Assembly: GCF_006345805.1 (NCBI RefSeq) | Contig: NW_021834761.1 | Span: 1-26,743, forward strand | DNA: 26,743 nt | Reading direction: 5' to 3' | Source: Octopus sinensis | Taxonomy: Eukaryota | Part shown: in pieces, positions 8,708 through 20,530 of the stretch | Layout of the letters: each line of letters begins with the position of its first letter | Numbering within the stretch: the stretch's first letter is position 1 | Program-made: the position numbers and the translations under genes | Notes under the pieces: model-generated | Seen by the model: the letters and a program-made list of their open reading frames with translations, nothing else | Database searches by the model: none | What the model was told of the DNA's origin: nothing

Positions 8708-9299
8708 AGCTGGCAGACACCTTAGAGCGCTGGTCGAAATGCTTAGCGGTATTTCGTCTGTCGTTACGTTCTGAGTTCAAATTCCACCGAGGTCAACTTT
8801 GCCTTTCATCCTTTCGGGGTCGATTAAATAAGTACCAGTTACGCACTGGGGTCGATATAATCGACTTAATCCGTTTGTCTTTCCTTGTTTGTTCCCTCTG
8901 TGTTTAGCCCCTTGTGGGTAGTAAAGAAATAGGTATTTCGTCTGTCGTTACGTTCTGAGTTCAAATTCCACCGAGGTCAACTTTGCCTTTCATTCTTTCG
9001 GGGTCGATTAAATAAGTACAAGTTTCGCACTGGGGTTGATGTAATCGACTTAATCCCTTTGTCTGTCCTTGTTTGTCCCCTCTGTGTTTAGCCTCTTGTG
9101 GGTAGTAAAGAAATAGGTATTTCGTCTGTCGTTACGTTCTGAGTTCAAATTCCACCGAGGTCAACTTTGCCTTTCATCCTTTCGGGGTCGAAAAATGAAG
9201 TACAAGTTTCGCACTGGGGTCGATGTAATCGACTTAATCCCTTTGTCTGTCCTTGTTTGTCCCATCTGTGTTTAGCCCCTTGTGAGCAATAAAGAAATA
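8708..9299 (+). mobile_element. SINE family C with its 184-bp body in three tandem copies
   Basis: ggtatttcgtctgtcg starts at 8748, 8932 and 9116 (period 184); each unit ends aaagaaata. Confidence 0.9.
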
Positions 9300-9424
9300 A
9301 ATATTTAATCTGTTCCTTATATCCTGCTTTATGTAAAGCTGAGTTATAAAATTCAGCGTTACTATTGAAAATGGTTTCCTTGGCGGATAATTTAGAAATT
9401 TTAAGTGATATGTTCGAGATACAA

Positions 9425-9642
9425 GGACTTCGAGATATGGTCAGGATATGAGAGTTTATATGACAAAATCAATATAGGCGCAGGAGTGGCTGTGTGGTAA
9501 GTAGCTTGCTAACCAACCACACAGTTCCGGGTTCAGTCCTACTGCGTGGCATCTTGGGCAAGTGTCTTCTGCTATAGCCTCGGGCCGACCAATGCCTTGT
9601 GAGTGGATTTGGTAGACGGAAACTGAAAGAAGCCTGTCGGTA

Positions 9643-9699
<57 letters not shown>

Positions 9700-10116
9700 T
9701 TGTGTGTCTGTGTTTGTCCCCCTAGCATTGCTCGACAACCGATGCTGGTGTGCTTACGTCCCCGTTACTTAGCGGTTCGGCAAAAGAGACCGAAAGAATA
9801 AGTACTGGGCTTACAAAGAATAAGTCCCGGGGGGTCGATTTGCTCGATTAAAAAAGGCGGTGCTCCATGACCGCAGTCAAATGACTGAAACAAGTAAAAG
9901 AATAAAAGAAAAGAAAGAATTCAACGCTTCTTCATAAAATATTTTGGCTCAGAATCTGCGCATAAACCCTGCAAATACTTACGAAATGGCCTGACGTCCC
10001 AGTGTGTGCAACAATGCATATTCTAACATGCTATCTTAAACGTAGCATATGATCCAAAGTTATTCTATGGTTTCATTTCGGTTCCATCAGGTTGTGACTG
10101 TCAAGTAGTCAGCTGA
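9425..10116 (+). pseudogene. Disrupted cystine-knot paralog 2
   Basis: ..RYGQDMRVYMTKSI (to 9474) | SINE 9475-9918 | IQRFFIKYFGSESAHKPCKYLRNGLTSQCVQQCIF*HAILNVAYDPKLFYGFISVPSGCDCQVVS* (9919-10116). Collinear with paralog 1. Premature TAA at 10024-10026, conserved Cys changed to Phe (TTT 9943-9945), N-terminal CC segment not found. Homologous 3'UTR with AATAAA at 10172-10177. Confidence 0.85.
9475..9918 (+). mobile_element. SINE family A, inserted into the paralog 2 coding exon
   Basis: Full head-to-(aagtaaaag)n tail copy. Removing it restores collinearity with paralog 1 (TKSI|IQR vs TSGI|VQK). Confidence 0.9.
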
Positions 10117-10171
10117 ATTTTATCTTTGTTTAACTGCAACAATACTATTGTTGGATTCGTTTATAGACTGC

Positions 10172-10177
10172 AATAAA
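10172..10177 (+). promoter_or_regulatory. Homologous polyadenylation signal of pseudogene paralog 2
   Basis: AATAAA at the position equivalent to 4707 in an alignable 3'UTR. Confidence 0.5.
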
Positions 10178-10251
10178 AAATATCAAATTTCTATTATTTC
10201 GTTTTATAATCAATCTACGTGATTTGCCTGTTGTGTTGAGTTTTCAACTGT

Positions 10252-10413
10252 GGCGCAGGAGTGGCTGTGTGGTAAGTAGCTTGCTAACCAGCCACATGGT
10301 TCCGGGTTCAGTCCCACTGCGTGACATCTTGGGCAAGTGTCTTCTGCTATAGCCCCGGGCCGACCAATGCCTTGTGAGTGGATTTGGTAGACGGAAACTG
10401 AAAGAAGCCTGTC

Positions 10414-10496
<83 letters not shown>

Positions 10497-10702
10497 TGTG
10501 TCTGTGTTTGTCCCCCTAGCATTGCTTGACAACCGATGCTGGTGTGTTTACGTCCCCGTCACTTAGCGGTTCAGCAAAGATACCGATAGAATAAGTACTG
10601 GGCTTACAAGGAATAAGTCCCGGGGTCGAGGTGCTCAAATAAAGGCGGTACTCCAGCATGGTCGCAGTCAAATGACTGAAACAAGTAAAAGAGTAAAAGA
10701 GA
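10252..10702 (+). mobile_element. SINE family A
   Basis: Same head, internal (TA)n(TG)n and gagtaaaa tail. Confidence 0.9.
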
Positions 10703-11162
10703 GTGTGTCTCTGCCATCACATATTTCAGTGCAATACACACAATTAATCCATACACAAAAACACACACACTGATTATCAGGTTAGATTATGATATTTAAA
10801 TATTTTAACAAGATGTCTGAGATATTAAATGTTTATGGATAATAACAACGAAGGAAGTAATAAGATGTGCGGATAATCACCTACAGCTGTTTCAAGAATA
10901 AATGCGCAGATGTAGCGTCTTACGCTAAACAAACAGGGGCTAGCAATATAGCAGTGATTTATTACATTGTTGGATATAGAATGCCATATGACAATGATAT
11001 ACTCCATTGCCGGAGGCAGAATGAAGAAGAGCCTTATTAGATAATTTTGGTTTCTTGTTGATGTGGTGTACAAAGGAAGGTTTAAATAATGAAAGGCTGA
11101 GAAAAATAAGATCATACTAATAGGAGGATAGATAGAAACTAATCACCAGGTCAGAGGATAGA

Positions 11163-11354
11163 TAGGCGCAGGAGTGGCTGTGTGGTAAGTAGCTTGCTAA
11201 CCAGCCACATGGTTCCGGGTTCGGTCCCACTGCGTGGCACCTTGGGCAAGTGTCTTCTACTATAGCCTCGGGCCGACCAATGCCTTCTGAGTGGATTTGG
11301 TAGACGGAAACTGTCATATAGAAGCCTGTCATATATATGAAGAAGCCTGTCATA

Positions 11355-11413
<59 letters not shown>

Positions 11414-11653
11414 TATGTGTGTGTGTTTGTGTTTCTGTATTTGTCTCCCTAGCATTGCTTGACAACCGATGCTGGTGTGTCTACGTCCCCGTCACTTAGC
11501 GGTTCGGCAAAAGAGAGACCGATAGAATAAGTACTCGGCTTACAAAGAATAAGTCCCGGGGTCGATTTGCCCGACTAAAGGCGGTGCTCCAGCATGGCCG
11601 CAGTCAAATGACTGAAACAAGTAAAAGAGTAAAAGAGTAAAAGAGTAAAGAGT
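11163..11653 (+). mobile_element. SINE family A
   Basis: Same head/body, internal microsatellite, (aagagta)n tail. Confidence 0.9.
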
Positions 11654-12370
11654 ATATATAAATTGTAAGACTTAAAGGAAGATATATAGAGGGGAATGGA
11701 CAGTGTCAATGTGGAAATGGTGAGACGATGCATAAATGGTGAGAGTGAGCGGGACAAAAACAATTTTACGCTGTTCTCAGTTATCAGTTAGCAAGACTGA
11801 CCACCGGATGTGAGGTTGCTGTACAAGATGGAGAATATGTTTTATCAACATCAGTTTGACATAGCGTTCAGCGCGAGCTGTGTGGGATGGGAAAGGTCAT
11901 GTTAAGTATAGGGGTTGAAAGTGATGCAGGTTTAAACTTATAAATCATCTGACAACATTTGGGATCAGATGTCATTGAGCGCAGTTGAATATCTGTATTG
12001 TCTATAGTTACCAAGATAGAGAAATTTATTTGAAACATGTACTAAATGTTATAAAATTCACGATTGAGTATCACGGTGAAGAAAGTAAAATTTCAAGAAA
12101 ATTCAGAAGGCATAATTCAATTTTTCATACAAAAATAAATTGATTTTTGATTCTGATTTTTCCAGTTTCAGCTAATGAGCTGTGGCCATGCTGGGGCTTA
12201 CAATTTTGAAACAAACACTGAACCAAGTGTGTAGGAAGGAAGATGATGTTGTTGTAGCGTTAATTTAAAATACTTGCTGAAGGATGTATATAGCAAGATA
12301 TAAATTAATTTGACATTACTATATATTTTTAACTGTGTAACATTATACTTTGTAGAATAAATACTGACTA

Positions 12371-12752
12371 GGAGGCGCAATGGCCCAGTGGTTAGGGCAG
12401 CGGACTCGCGGTCATAGGATCGCGATTTCGATTCCCAGACCGGGCGTTGTGAGTGTTTATTGAGCGAAAACACCTAAAGCTCCACGAGGCTCCGGCAGGA
12501 GATGGTGGTGATCCCTGCTGTACTCTTTCACCACAACTTTCTCTCACTCTTACTTCCTGTTTCTGTTGTACCTATAATTCAAAGGGCTGGCCTTGTCACT
12601 CTCTGTGTCACGCTGAATATCCCCGAGAACTACGTTAAGGGTACACGTGTCTGTGGAGTGCTCAGTCACTTACACGTTAATTTCACGAGCAGGCTGTTCC
12701 GTTGATTCGGATCAACCGGAACCCTCGTAGTCGTAACCGACGGAGTGCTTCC
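12371..12752 (+). mobile_element. SINE family B with 12-bp TSD
   Basis: Near-identical to 4816-5204; TSD aaatactgacta at 12359-12370 and 12753-12764. Confidence 0.9.
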
Positions 12753-13029
12753 AAATACTGACTAACGCAGTAAAAAGATTGTGCGACGGTGATACTCACA
12801 GTGACGAAGAAGCTTGGGAGGACAGTTAAAAATTATCTTGAAACTGGTTAAAAGGAGTGGAATAACATTTCTGTAATTATATTGAAATTTCTACTTCGCC
12901 AAGTTATCATTTTCTTATAATAACCAGAATAACATTTTTTAGATATATTTGCGAGTATTGTGAGTGGCGTTAAATCAGTCAAATCTTCAAGTTGGTAGTA
13001 CTTCAAAGTGGACGTTTTTGTTCGTTTAA

Positions 13030-13337
13030 CCCCTTACCCGGCAGAAACGAATATATTCGTTTTGACCGAAATGTTTTTTTTCTATCTCTGGCGAGTTAAC
13101 TCGTCAAAAGATAGACTCGCCAAAATCGACAGCAAACGAGTTCCTTCGTCTAAAAACGGGTTAACTCGTTTCTGCCCAAAGTGGTAATTTAAAATCAATA
13201 TTATTGAATTAAAATTCATAATAAATAAGGTTTGAAATATACCTCGAAATCACCATTCAAAACATAGTAAAATAAAACAATTAAAAAATATGTCTGAAAA
13301 AATACATTTATTTTCAAAATAATTGTTGGGTAAGGGG
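13030..13337. mobile_element. piggyBac-type MITE
   Basis: TTAA at 13026-13029 and 13338-13341 flanks terminal inverted repeats ccccttaccc / gggtaagggg; no coding capacity. Confidence 0.8.
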
Positions 13338-14254
13338 TTAAAGTCCAGGCCGCAACTAAACTTTCAATATCAGCACGTTTCACTGTTGGGCGGGAGTAAG
13401 TTACATACATACACTAAGACACACACGTACATTAACGCACACTTGAAGCCTACCTCTGTCTCTGTGTGCATCGATCCTCACAAAAATGTATATATACTAA
13501 CACACATATTACCGTCACACACATATACTTTTCAGTCATCGGCCTAACGTAGGTAACGAACACGCGAACACACTCATATAGAAGATGTGACGCCATTGTC
13601 GTTGTGGTGGTGATATAAAAGGTCGTTTACGATAGGTGACTAAAAGAAAAATGACAATGCTAAATTTCTGTAATGCAAATGTGTGAATGAAAATATAGTT
13701 TAATTGGTAGCTAAAAGCCTACTGAATCTTTTGATACCTCATACTTCAAAATCGGCATTTCGGTTTTGCAATGCATACTCACACATTCATACGAACTCCC
13801 TTTCATATATATAAGATAGTAAATCTCATGAAAGCTATGAATATGATTTGTAGTTAGTGTAAAAAAAGTAAACGAATGAAAACAGGAGGTTCTTAAATCT
13901 TCTAAGACAATATTCAGAGCAGAAAGTAAAACACGCTACGTGGTCGCTAGAGAATAATATTTAGTTAAACGGTTGCAATGTAATTCCAGTCAGAATGCAT
14001 AGGGAAATTAAGAATTATGGAATATGGAATCATACAGAATTCAAACAGGTTGTAAATTTAGAATAGGGAAAAGAATGATGATGTCAGAGAATTAAATAGA
14101 AAGATATTCATAGAGAGAGTTGATGAGTAAGATAGGACCAGGGAGATTAAGGTCAATTAAATTGAGTATGCATTAGTGGTACATCTGTTTTATGGGAGAT
14201 TCAATGTTTTACAGTTAGATTTGTGATATAAGTTAAAATTATATAGGTATTAAA

Positions 14255-14410
14255 TAGGCGCAGGAGTGGCTGTGTGGTAAGTAGCTTGCTAACCAACCAC
14301 ATGGTTCCGATAGAATAAGTACTGGGCTTACAAAGAATAAGTCCCTAAAGGCGGTGCTCCAGCATGGCCGCAGTCAAATGACTGAAACAAGTAAAAGAGT
14401 ATAAGAGTAA
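14255..14410 (+). mobile_element. SINE family A, internally deleted copy
   Basis: Head joined to the 3' body at ggttccg|atagaataag, with a second short deletion before ctaaaggcgg. Confidence 0.85.
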
Positions 14411-14508
14411 ATCTGTTTTGTGTGGGAGAGACTTGTGTTGAAAGATTCAAATCCCTGCGTTTATATTTGTTATAAAATCGGAGTGTTTCAAATCATCCGT
14501 GGTCACAT

Positions 14509-14804
14509 GTGGAGGCACATGGCCTAGTGGTTAGAGCAGCGGACTCGCGGTCGAGGGAAAGCGGGCTCGAATCTCAGACCGGGGGATGTGTGTGTTTATG
14601 AGCGAAAACACCTAAGCCCCACGCGGCTCCGGCAGAAGGTAATGGCGAACTTCAGCTGACTCTTTCGCCACAACTCCCTCCTGCATCATGAAGCTCACCT
14701 GCGACGGACCAGTGTCTCGTCCAGGTGGGGAACCTATACGCCAAGGAAACCGGGAAACCGGCCCTTATGAGCCAGGCATGGCTCGAGAAGGAACAAACAA
14801 ACAA
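14509..14804 (+). mobile_element. SINE family D (head related to family B, different 3' body)
   Basis: gtggaggcacatggcctagtggttagagcagcggactcgcgg head; (aaca)n tail; acatgt(gg) on both sides may be a short TSD. Confidence 0.8.
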
Positions 14805-15311
14805 ACATGTGGTAAACTCTTCATTTTGTCTGTTAAATAAGTATAGTGGATTACGTTACGTTGTTTTAAGCATAACTAAAATGTGCTGTTTCGACCTCCT
14901 ATGGCTCAACGGAATATATGATAGACCAAGTGGTATTATATGATACACTAATTTTTGAGAAATTAAGTATGTATTTAGTTAGTGTGGTAAATTTATTGCG
15001 CTTACCAAATTTAAAGGAGATGAGTTGGGCTGAATACCGGCACTTAAAACTGACCGTGGCTCCCGTGCATATCTAGATAGTTTTGTTCTATGTAAAGGAC
15101 GGTAGACTCATAAACAACATTAAATCTTCTGCATTTGCCTCATAGTGGACACTTATTATGTATTTTAAACTTGCATCCTTTTATTTTATGATTCATCGCT
15201 TTATATGTGTTATTAGTATTATTACTAAGGTATCTAGCATGGTAAACAGATTCATTTCCCTTTTATATGCCATAATCTAGAAAAACTGTAAGTGCTATAT
15301 ACTCTCTCTCT

Positions 15312-16066
15312 CTCTTTTACTCTTTTACTCTTTTACTTGTTTCAGTCATTTGACTGCGGCCATGCTGGAGCACCACCTTTAATCGAGCAATTCGACCCCG
15401 GGACTTATTCTTTAGTCAGCCCAGTACTTATTCTATCGGTCTCTTTTGCCGAACCGCTAAGTGACGGGGACGTAAATACACCAGCATCGGTTGTCAAGCG
15501 ACGTTGTAGGCACAAACACAGACACACAAACACACACATACACACACACATAAATATATATATATATATACATATATACGACAGGCTTCTTTCAGTTTCC
15601 GTCTACCAAATCCACTCACAAGGCATTGGTCGGCCCGGGGCTATAGCAGAAGACACTTGCCGAAGATGCCACGCAGTGGGACTAAACCCGGAACCATGTG
15701 GTTGGTTAGCAAGCTACTTACCACACAGCCACTCCTGCACCTATATAGGCTTCTTTCAGTTTCCGTCTACCAAATACACTCACAAGGCATTGGTCGGCCC
15801 GGGGCTATAGCAGAAGACACTTGCCCAAATTTCCACGCAGTGGGACTAAACCCGGAACCATGTGGTTGGTTAGCAAGCTACTTACCACACAGCCACTCCT
15901 GCACCTATATAGGCTTCTTTCAGTTTCCGTCTACCAAATACACTCACAAGGCATTGGTCGGCCCAGGGCTATAGCAGAAGACACTTGCCCAAGATGCCAC
16001 GCAGTGGGACTAAACCCGGAACCATGTGGCTGGTTAGCAAGCTACTTACCACACAGCCACTCCTGC
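15312..16066 (-). mobile_element. SINE family A with its 164-bp head in three tandem copies
   Basis: Tail at 15312; aggcttctttcag starts at 15583, 15747 and 15911 (period 164). Confidence 0.9.
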
Positions 16067-16599
16067 TGCTTACCCTTTATAAACTTCCTGTATGAATCAC
16101 ATCATGAAACCAATCTTCTATTCTAAGGCTCTACTTCATCCCTCTCCGACAGTAGAATAGTTTACAGCTGTATCGCATTCTCACTGCGATAATGGAATAG
16201 ATCATTGCTATATTGTAAGTTACAGTTTGTTTTCTGCCATATGCACTAACTGCCCGTCTATTCTTGAAATAGATATCACAGACTTTCCGCACACATTATT
16301 ACACACTTCCTTCTTTTGACATATAGTCATATAACAAATCAGCCATCAAATTTAAAGATATAAGTTTCACAATATAGCCTGATACCAGTTGTTTGCACAC
16401 TTAAACTTGTATCCTATTAGGCATACACCTAGTCAACTGATAAGCAGCCGATAGCCAACTGTTGTTGAGCTGCTATAGCATCCCTGCATTTAGTTGCAGT
16501 TCAGGTTTGAGATTTAGGCAGCTAGATGATCTTAAGCACTTATTGTAAGTACCAATTACTGTACATCAGACGCGATTTTACTTGAATAATATATATATA

Positions 16600-16762
16600 T
16601 AGGCGCAGGAGTGGCTGTGTGGTAAGTATCCTGCTTACCAGCCACATGGTTCCGGGTTCAGTATCACTGCGTGGCACCTTGGGCAAATGTCTTCTACTAT
16701 AGCCTCGGGCCGACCAAAGCCTTGTAAGGGGATTTGGTAGGCGGAAACTGAAAGAAGCCCAT

Positions 16763-16808
<46 letters not shown>

Positions 16809-16970
16809 GTGTGTTTGTGTGTCTGTGTTTGTTCCCCCAACATCGCTTGACAACCGATGCTGGTGTGTTTACTTAGCGGTGATATTACCGTCACTTACTT
16901 GTTCGGCAAGAGAGACCGATAGAATAAGTAGTAGGCTTACAAAGAATAAGTCCTGGAGTCGATTTGCTCG
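16600..16970 (+). mobile_element. SINE family A, lacking the terminal tail
   Basis: Head after a TA run at 16600; internal microsatellite; ends at gatttgctcg. Confidence 0.85.
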
Positions 16971-16987
16971 ATAGATTTTAGGACGGA

Positions 16988-17022
16988 GGGTGGTGGTGGT
17001 GGTGGTGGTGGTGGTGGTGGTG
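16988..17022. repeat. (GGT)n microsatellite
   Basis: About 11 GGT units. Confidence 0.9.
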
Positions 17023-17530
17023 ATTAGGGGTGAAATCGACGTAGTTGAGGCTCTTGCCAGATTTATGTTATGAGTACAAGGTTTGGTTTTGTAAGTCTTA
17101 GGTGGCGTCTAAGAAATTTGTGATTTTAACGTTGTTACAGGAAATGTTAAAGACCACATTTAAAAAAACCTCTATTTTATTTGCTAGTCTGATCGATTTT
17201 CTGGTTGCTAGAATTTTGGATTGCGAACAGACAGTCATCTCTGTACAAACTGCCGTATAAGTAAGACAATTGTTCCCGGAAACCGTTAAGTAGGTAACAC
17301 CCCATAAGGTCTGTAACTTGCGCGAAGTAACTGGCCCCCATGGGGATGTCAAAAAAGTTAGGTGTATCCTTGCGGGCCCTGGATTTCCTATCGAAATGTA
17401 TGATAGCTTGACGGGCTGCTAAGATGATAGCAATACCATGAGGAGATAGGCTGGATTGCTTTCTGGCTAAAATTCGGGCTTTGTTTAGAAGAATAGGGAA
17501 TACGCAATGTTTAAGGCTTAGCGAAAAAAT
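17020..17530 (-). mobile_element. Penelope-like reverse transcriptase relic
   Basis: IILAARQAII..FFDIPMGASYFAQVTDLMGCYLL..SLYRDDCL..ITNFLDAT..LNYVDFTPNH corresponds to Penelope-type FDVxMG..GAExCELVG, LYRDD, NFLDVT and YI..SNHP motifs; frameshifted. Confidence 0.8.
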
Positions 17531-17889
17531 AAATTTTATGTAGGTAGCTGGACGCAATATATTACCGTATAGGCAAAATCTGATCGTCACTAATTGTGAC
17601 TGTACGTGCTACAAGTAGTCATCTACTTTGTCAGTATATATTAATTTATATATGCATTTCTGCCTTTGTGTGTGTTTCTCTCAGATTATATGTGTATATG
17701 AATATATCGAAATGTATATGAGTGTGCATCTATGTGTGTATATGTATGCATTTATCTATGTATCTTCATGTATATATGTGCATATGTATGTGAGTGCATA
17801 TGTGTACCTGTCTACTTGGTTGTCTTTTTGTGTGCACGCGTGTGTGTGCCTGTCTCTTTCAATGACTCCTCACTCACTCTCGCTCTCTC

Positions 17890-17966
17890 TGTACATACAA
17901 ACATACACTCACACGCACGTACACACACATATATATATACATATATATATACATACATATATATAC

Positions 17967-18007
<41 letters not shown>

Positions 18008-18096
18008 TATACATACATATATATATATATACATATACATACATATATATATATATATACATATACATACATACATATATATATTATATATATATA
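17890..18096. repeat. Compound (CA)/(TA)/(TACA) microsatellite
   Basis: Direct reading of the sequence. Confidence 0.95.
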
Positions 18097-18311
18097 TGTC
18101 AACCCTAACCCTAAACCTAATGCATTAAAGTGAACTTGAAGTATTGCCGATTTATATGTGTGTGTGTGAATGTGCACGCAGGTATGTGTAGGTCTGCATG
18201 TGTTTATGTATGTGTATGTATATTTGTGTGTGATTCAGTGCATTTTTGTATATATACATATTTAGAGCTACGTGCTTCCCTTCTATGATTATTTCTATAT
18301 CTATCTATCTA

Positions 18312-18352
<41 letters not shown>

Positions 18353-19305
18353 CATCATCAGAGTTATACTTGTCTTAATTGTCAATCTGGCCGGAATCCT
18401 TAAAACTACTAATCTTGTCGACAGTTTCACGACTTCATCCGTCTCTATTATTGTTCTCTCCCTCACTCTCCGTCTCTCCCTCATCCTTTCCCTCCCACCG
18501 TAGACCTAGGATTCTTTCACTTTCTATTTGTTTCTGGTGCCCGCTTTTCATGCCTGGTTTCTGATAACCAGTACTACCATAGTATTTAGTCTATCCATTA
18601 CGTATACCTATATATCGTTAATTATATAGGGGGTGTTTTATGCGTTTTTAAGTATACATATATAGGTACAAAATCATGTAAATATTTCTCTACATATTTC
18701 TGGAGGTGGTTTTTGTTCTTCAAACTTTATATAATTTCTTATGTATTTCTTACGTATTTTTGCAACTTTTTCGACGGTGATCTCTCCTATATACGTAAAT
18801 CCATTCTTAAATAAACTTGCATTTCACTTCTGAAACTCCGAGGAAGTTAGAATGTGATGTACATGCACTCAGCTTTGAGTGCCCTGTATATTATAGCAGA
18901 AACGGCAGTCAGCTAATAAAGTTCATTCCATAATCTTCTGATCTCTCGTCTCTCATTTAATTTCATATTACACACTGTACTTGACTAACGCTGTATTCTG
19001 AAGCATTTGTATATTGAGTTTTAACACCAAGTTATCAGTATCCTAAAGCTTAAACGAAATATTAATTTGCGTGTGTGTGTGTGTGTGTGTGTGTTTAAGA
19101 TAAAATATATCAGCAAAGATCATGATAACTGGACTAGAGGTAAACAAATAACATATTCAATTCAAAAGTGAGAATATGCAGCGCCGGAAAATTTAAAATC
19201 TAGAGATGCACAGATGCTCAAAATTCCTCAATCACAAAGTTCGACGAATCGTTAACAAAAGCACGTACAACGTCAATTATTCCGCATTTCATATTGTCTA
19301 GCAGT

Positions 19306-19690
19306 GTGGAGGCGCAATGGCCCAGTGGTTAGGGCAGCGGACTCGCGGTTATAGGATCGCGGTTTCGATTCCCAGACCGGCCGTTGTGAGTGTTTATTGA
19401 GCGAAAACACCTAAAGCTCCACGAGGCTCCGGCAGGGGATGGTGGTGATCCCTGTTGTACTCTTTCACCACAACTTTCTCTCACTCTTACTTCCTGTTTC
19501 TGTTGTACCTGTATTTCAAAGGGCCGGCCTTGTCACTCTCTGTGTCACGCTGAATATCCCCGAGAACTACGTTAAGGGTACACGTGTCTGTGGAGTGCTC
19601 AGCCACTTACACGTTAATTTCACGAACAGGCTGTTCCGTTGATTCGGATCAACCGGAACCCTCATCGTCGTAACCGACGGAGTGCTAGAG
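19306..19690 (+). mobile_element. SINE family B with 13-bp TSD
   Basis: Near-identical copy; TSD attgtctagcagt at 19293-19305 and 19691-19703. Confidence 0.9.
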
Positions 19691-19787
19691 ATTGTCTAGC
19701 AGTTCCTTTGAAACTTTAACCGAAAATAAATTAATCCGTTTGATATCAAAAGCTACCTTTTCTACCGAACATGTACTAATAAGCTAA

Positions 19788-20190
19788 TCTTTATATATAA
19801 AAGTGAAGTTGTGTGAGTGTCTGTCTCCTACGATTTAGATTCCTAACTACTCCCACATTTTGCGGTGTAGTTTAACCAAAACCGGGTATCTTATAGTCGT
19901 GATTCATATCGAACCCTTCTGGGTATTAGCGCGCGTCTACGATGAGTCTACGATTTAAAAAACATTTACCATCATTTCTTTTTCCATTTTAATGCATTTT
20001 GTTCGCTATTATATAAGGGAAGTAACTCTCTAAAAATGTCTACGATGAGTCAACGATTTAAAAAAAATTTACCATAATTTTTTTTCCATTTTTAATGCAA
20101 TTTTTTGCTATTTTTTGGCTATAACTCTCTAAAAATGCTTATATAGTTATTCCCCTTACAAACCCGAGCAACTCCGGGCGATACTGCTAG
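19788..20190 (+). mobile_element. Non-autonomous Helitron-type element
   Basis: Inserted between A (19787) and T (20191); starts TC(tttatatataaaagtgaagttgtgtg), ends in a cccgagcaactccggg hairpin followed by ..CTAG; internal ~95-bp direct duplication. Confidence 0.75.
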
Positions 20191-20530
20191 TATTATATAA
20201 AGATTATCGGCATAGCCATTCAAAATATGTGATATCTTTCTCTGTGCATAACCACTTTTTTACGATTCATATAGGTCTTAGGGTTGCAACGTAAATTTTA
20301 ACATCAACTGGAAAATTTGCTTATTCGCGGGAACTAACGACCAACTTTCGAAAAATGTAATACTTATGAGAAGCTAGACATTTTGTTCTACCTGAGATAT
20401 CTTCGCTCGTAATTCAGAATTCAGAACTTGTATCTTTATGTTGACATAAGACTTGATTGATATTTGTTAAAGACCTGTAAAGGTTACAACAACAGTTCGG
20501 TAAGTCACTTTGAAGTTTTATCAATCACGC

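Noticed and set aside
11900-11990. Minus-strand MTSDPKCCQM.. as a fourth cystine-knot remnant
   Set aside because: Only the CC dipeptide matches; the frame closes after 35 codons and none of the downstream knot motifs appear
13614-13660. TATAAAAG followed by a nearby ATG as a promoter
   Set aside because: The ORF closes within 12 codons, there is no convincing donor, and TATA-like words are common in this AT-rich DNA
15146-15241. Candidate signal-peptide exon (ctcatag|...ATG..MYFKLASFYFMIHRFICVISIITKVSSM|gtaaac)
   Set aside because: It ends in phase 0 while the cystine-knot exons need phase 2, the hydrophobic core contains His/Arg, and no paralogous copy supports it; it would need an unseen middle exon
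18101-18120. Telomere-like (CCCTAA)n
   Set aside because: Only about two perfect units next to a microsatellite; too short to call an interstitial telomeric array
18355-18361. CTGATGA on the minus strand (also at 23501-23507)
   Set aside because: No compatible stems or GAAA; these are chance matches in an (ATC)n run and a splice acceptor
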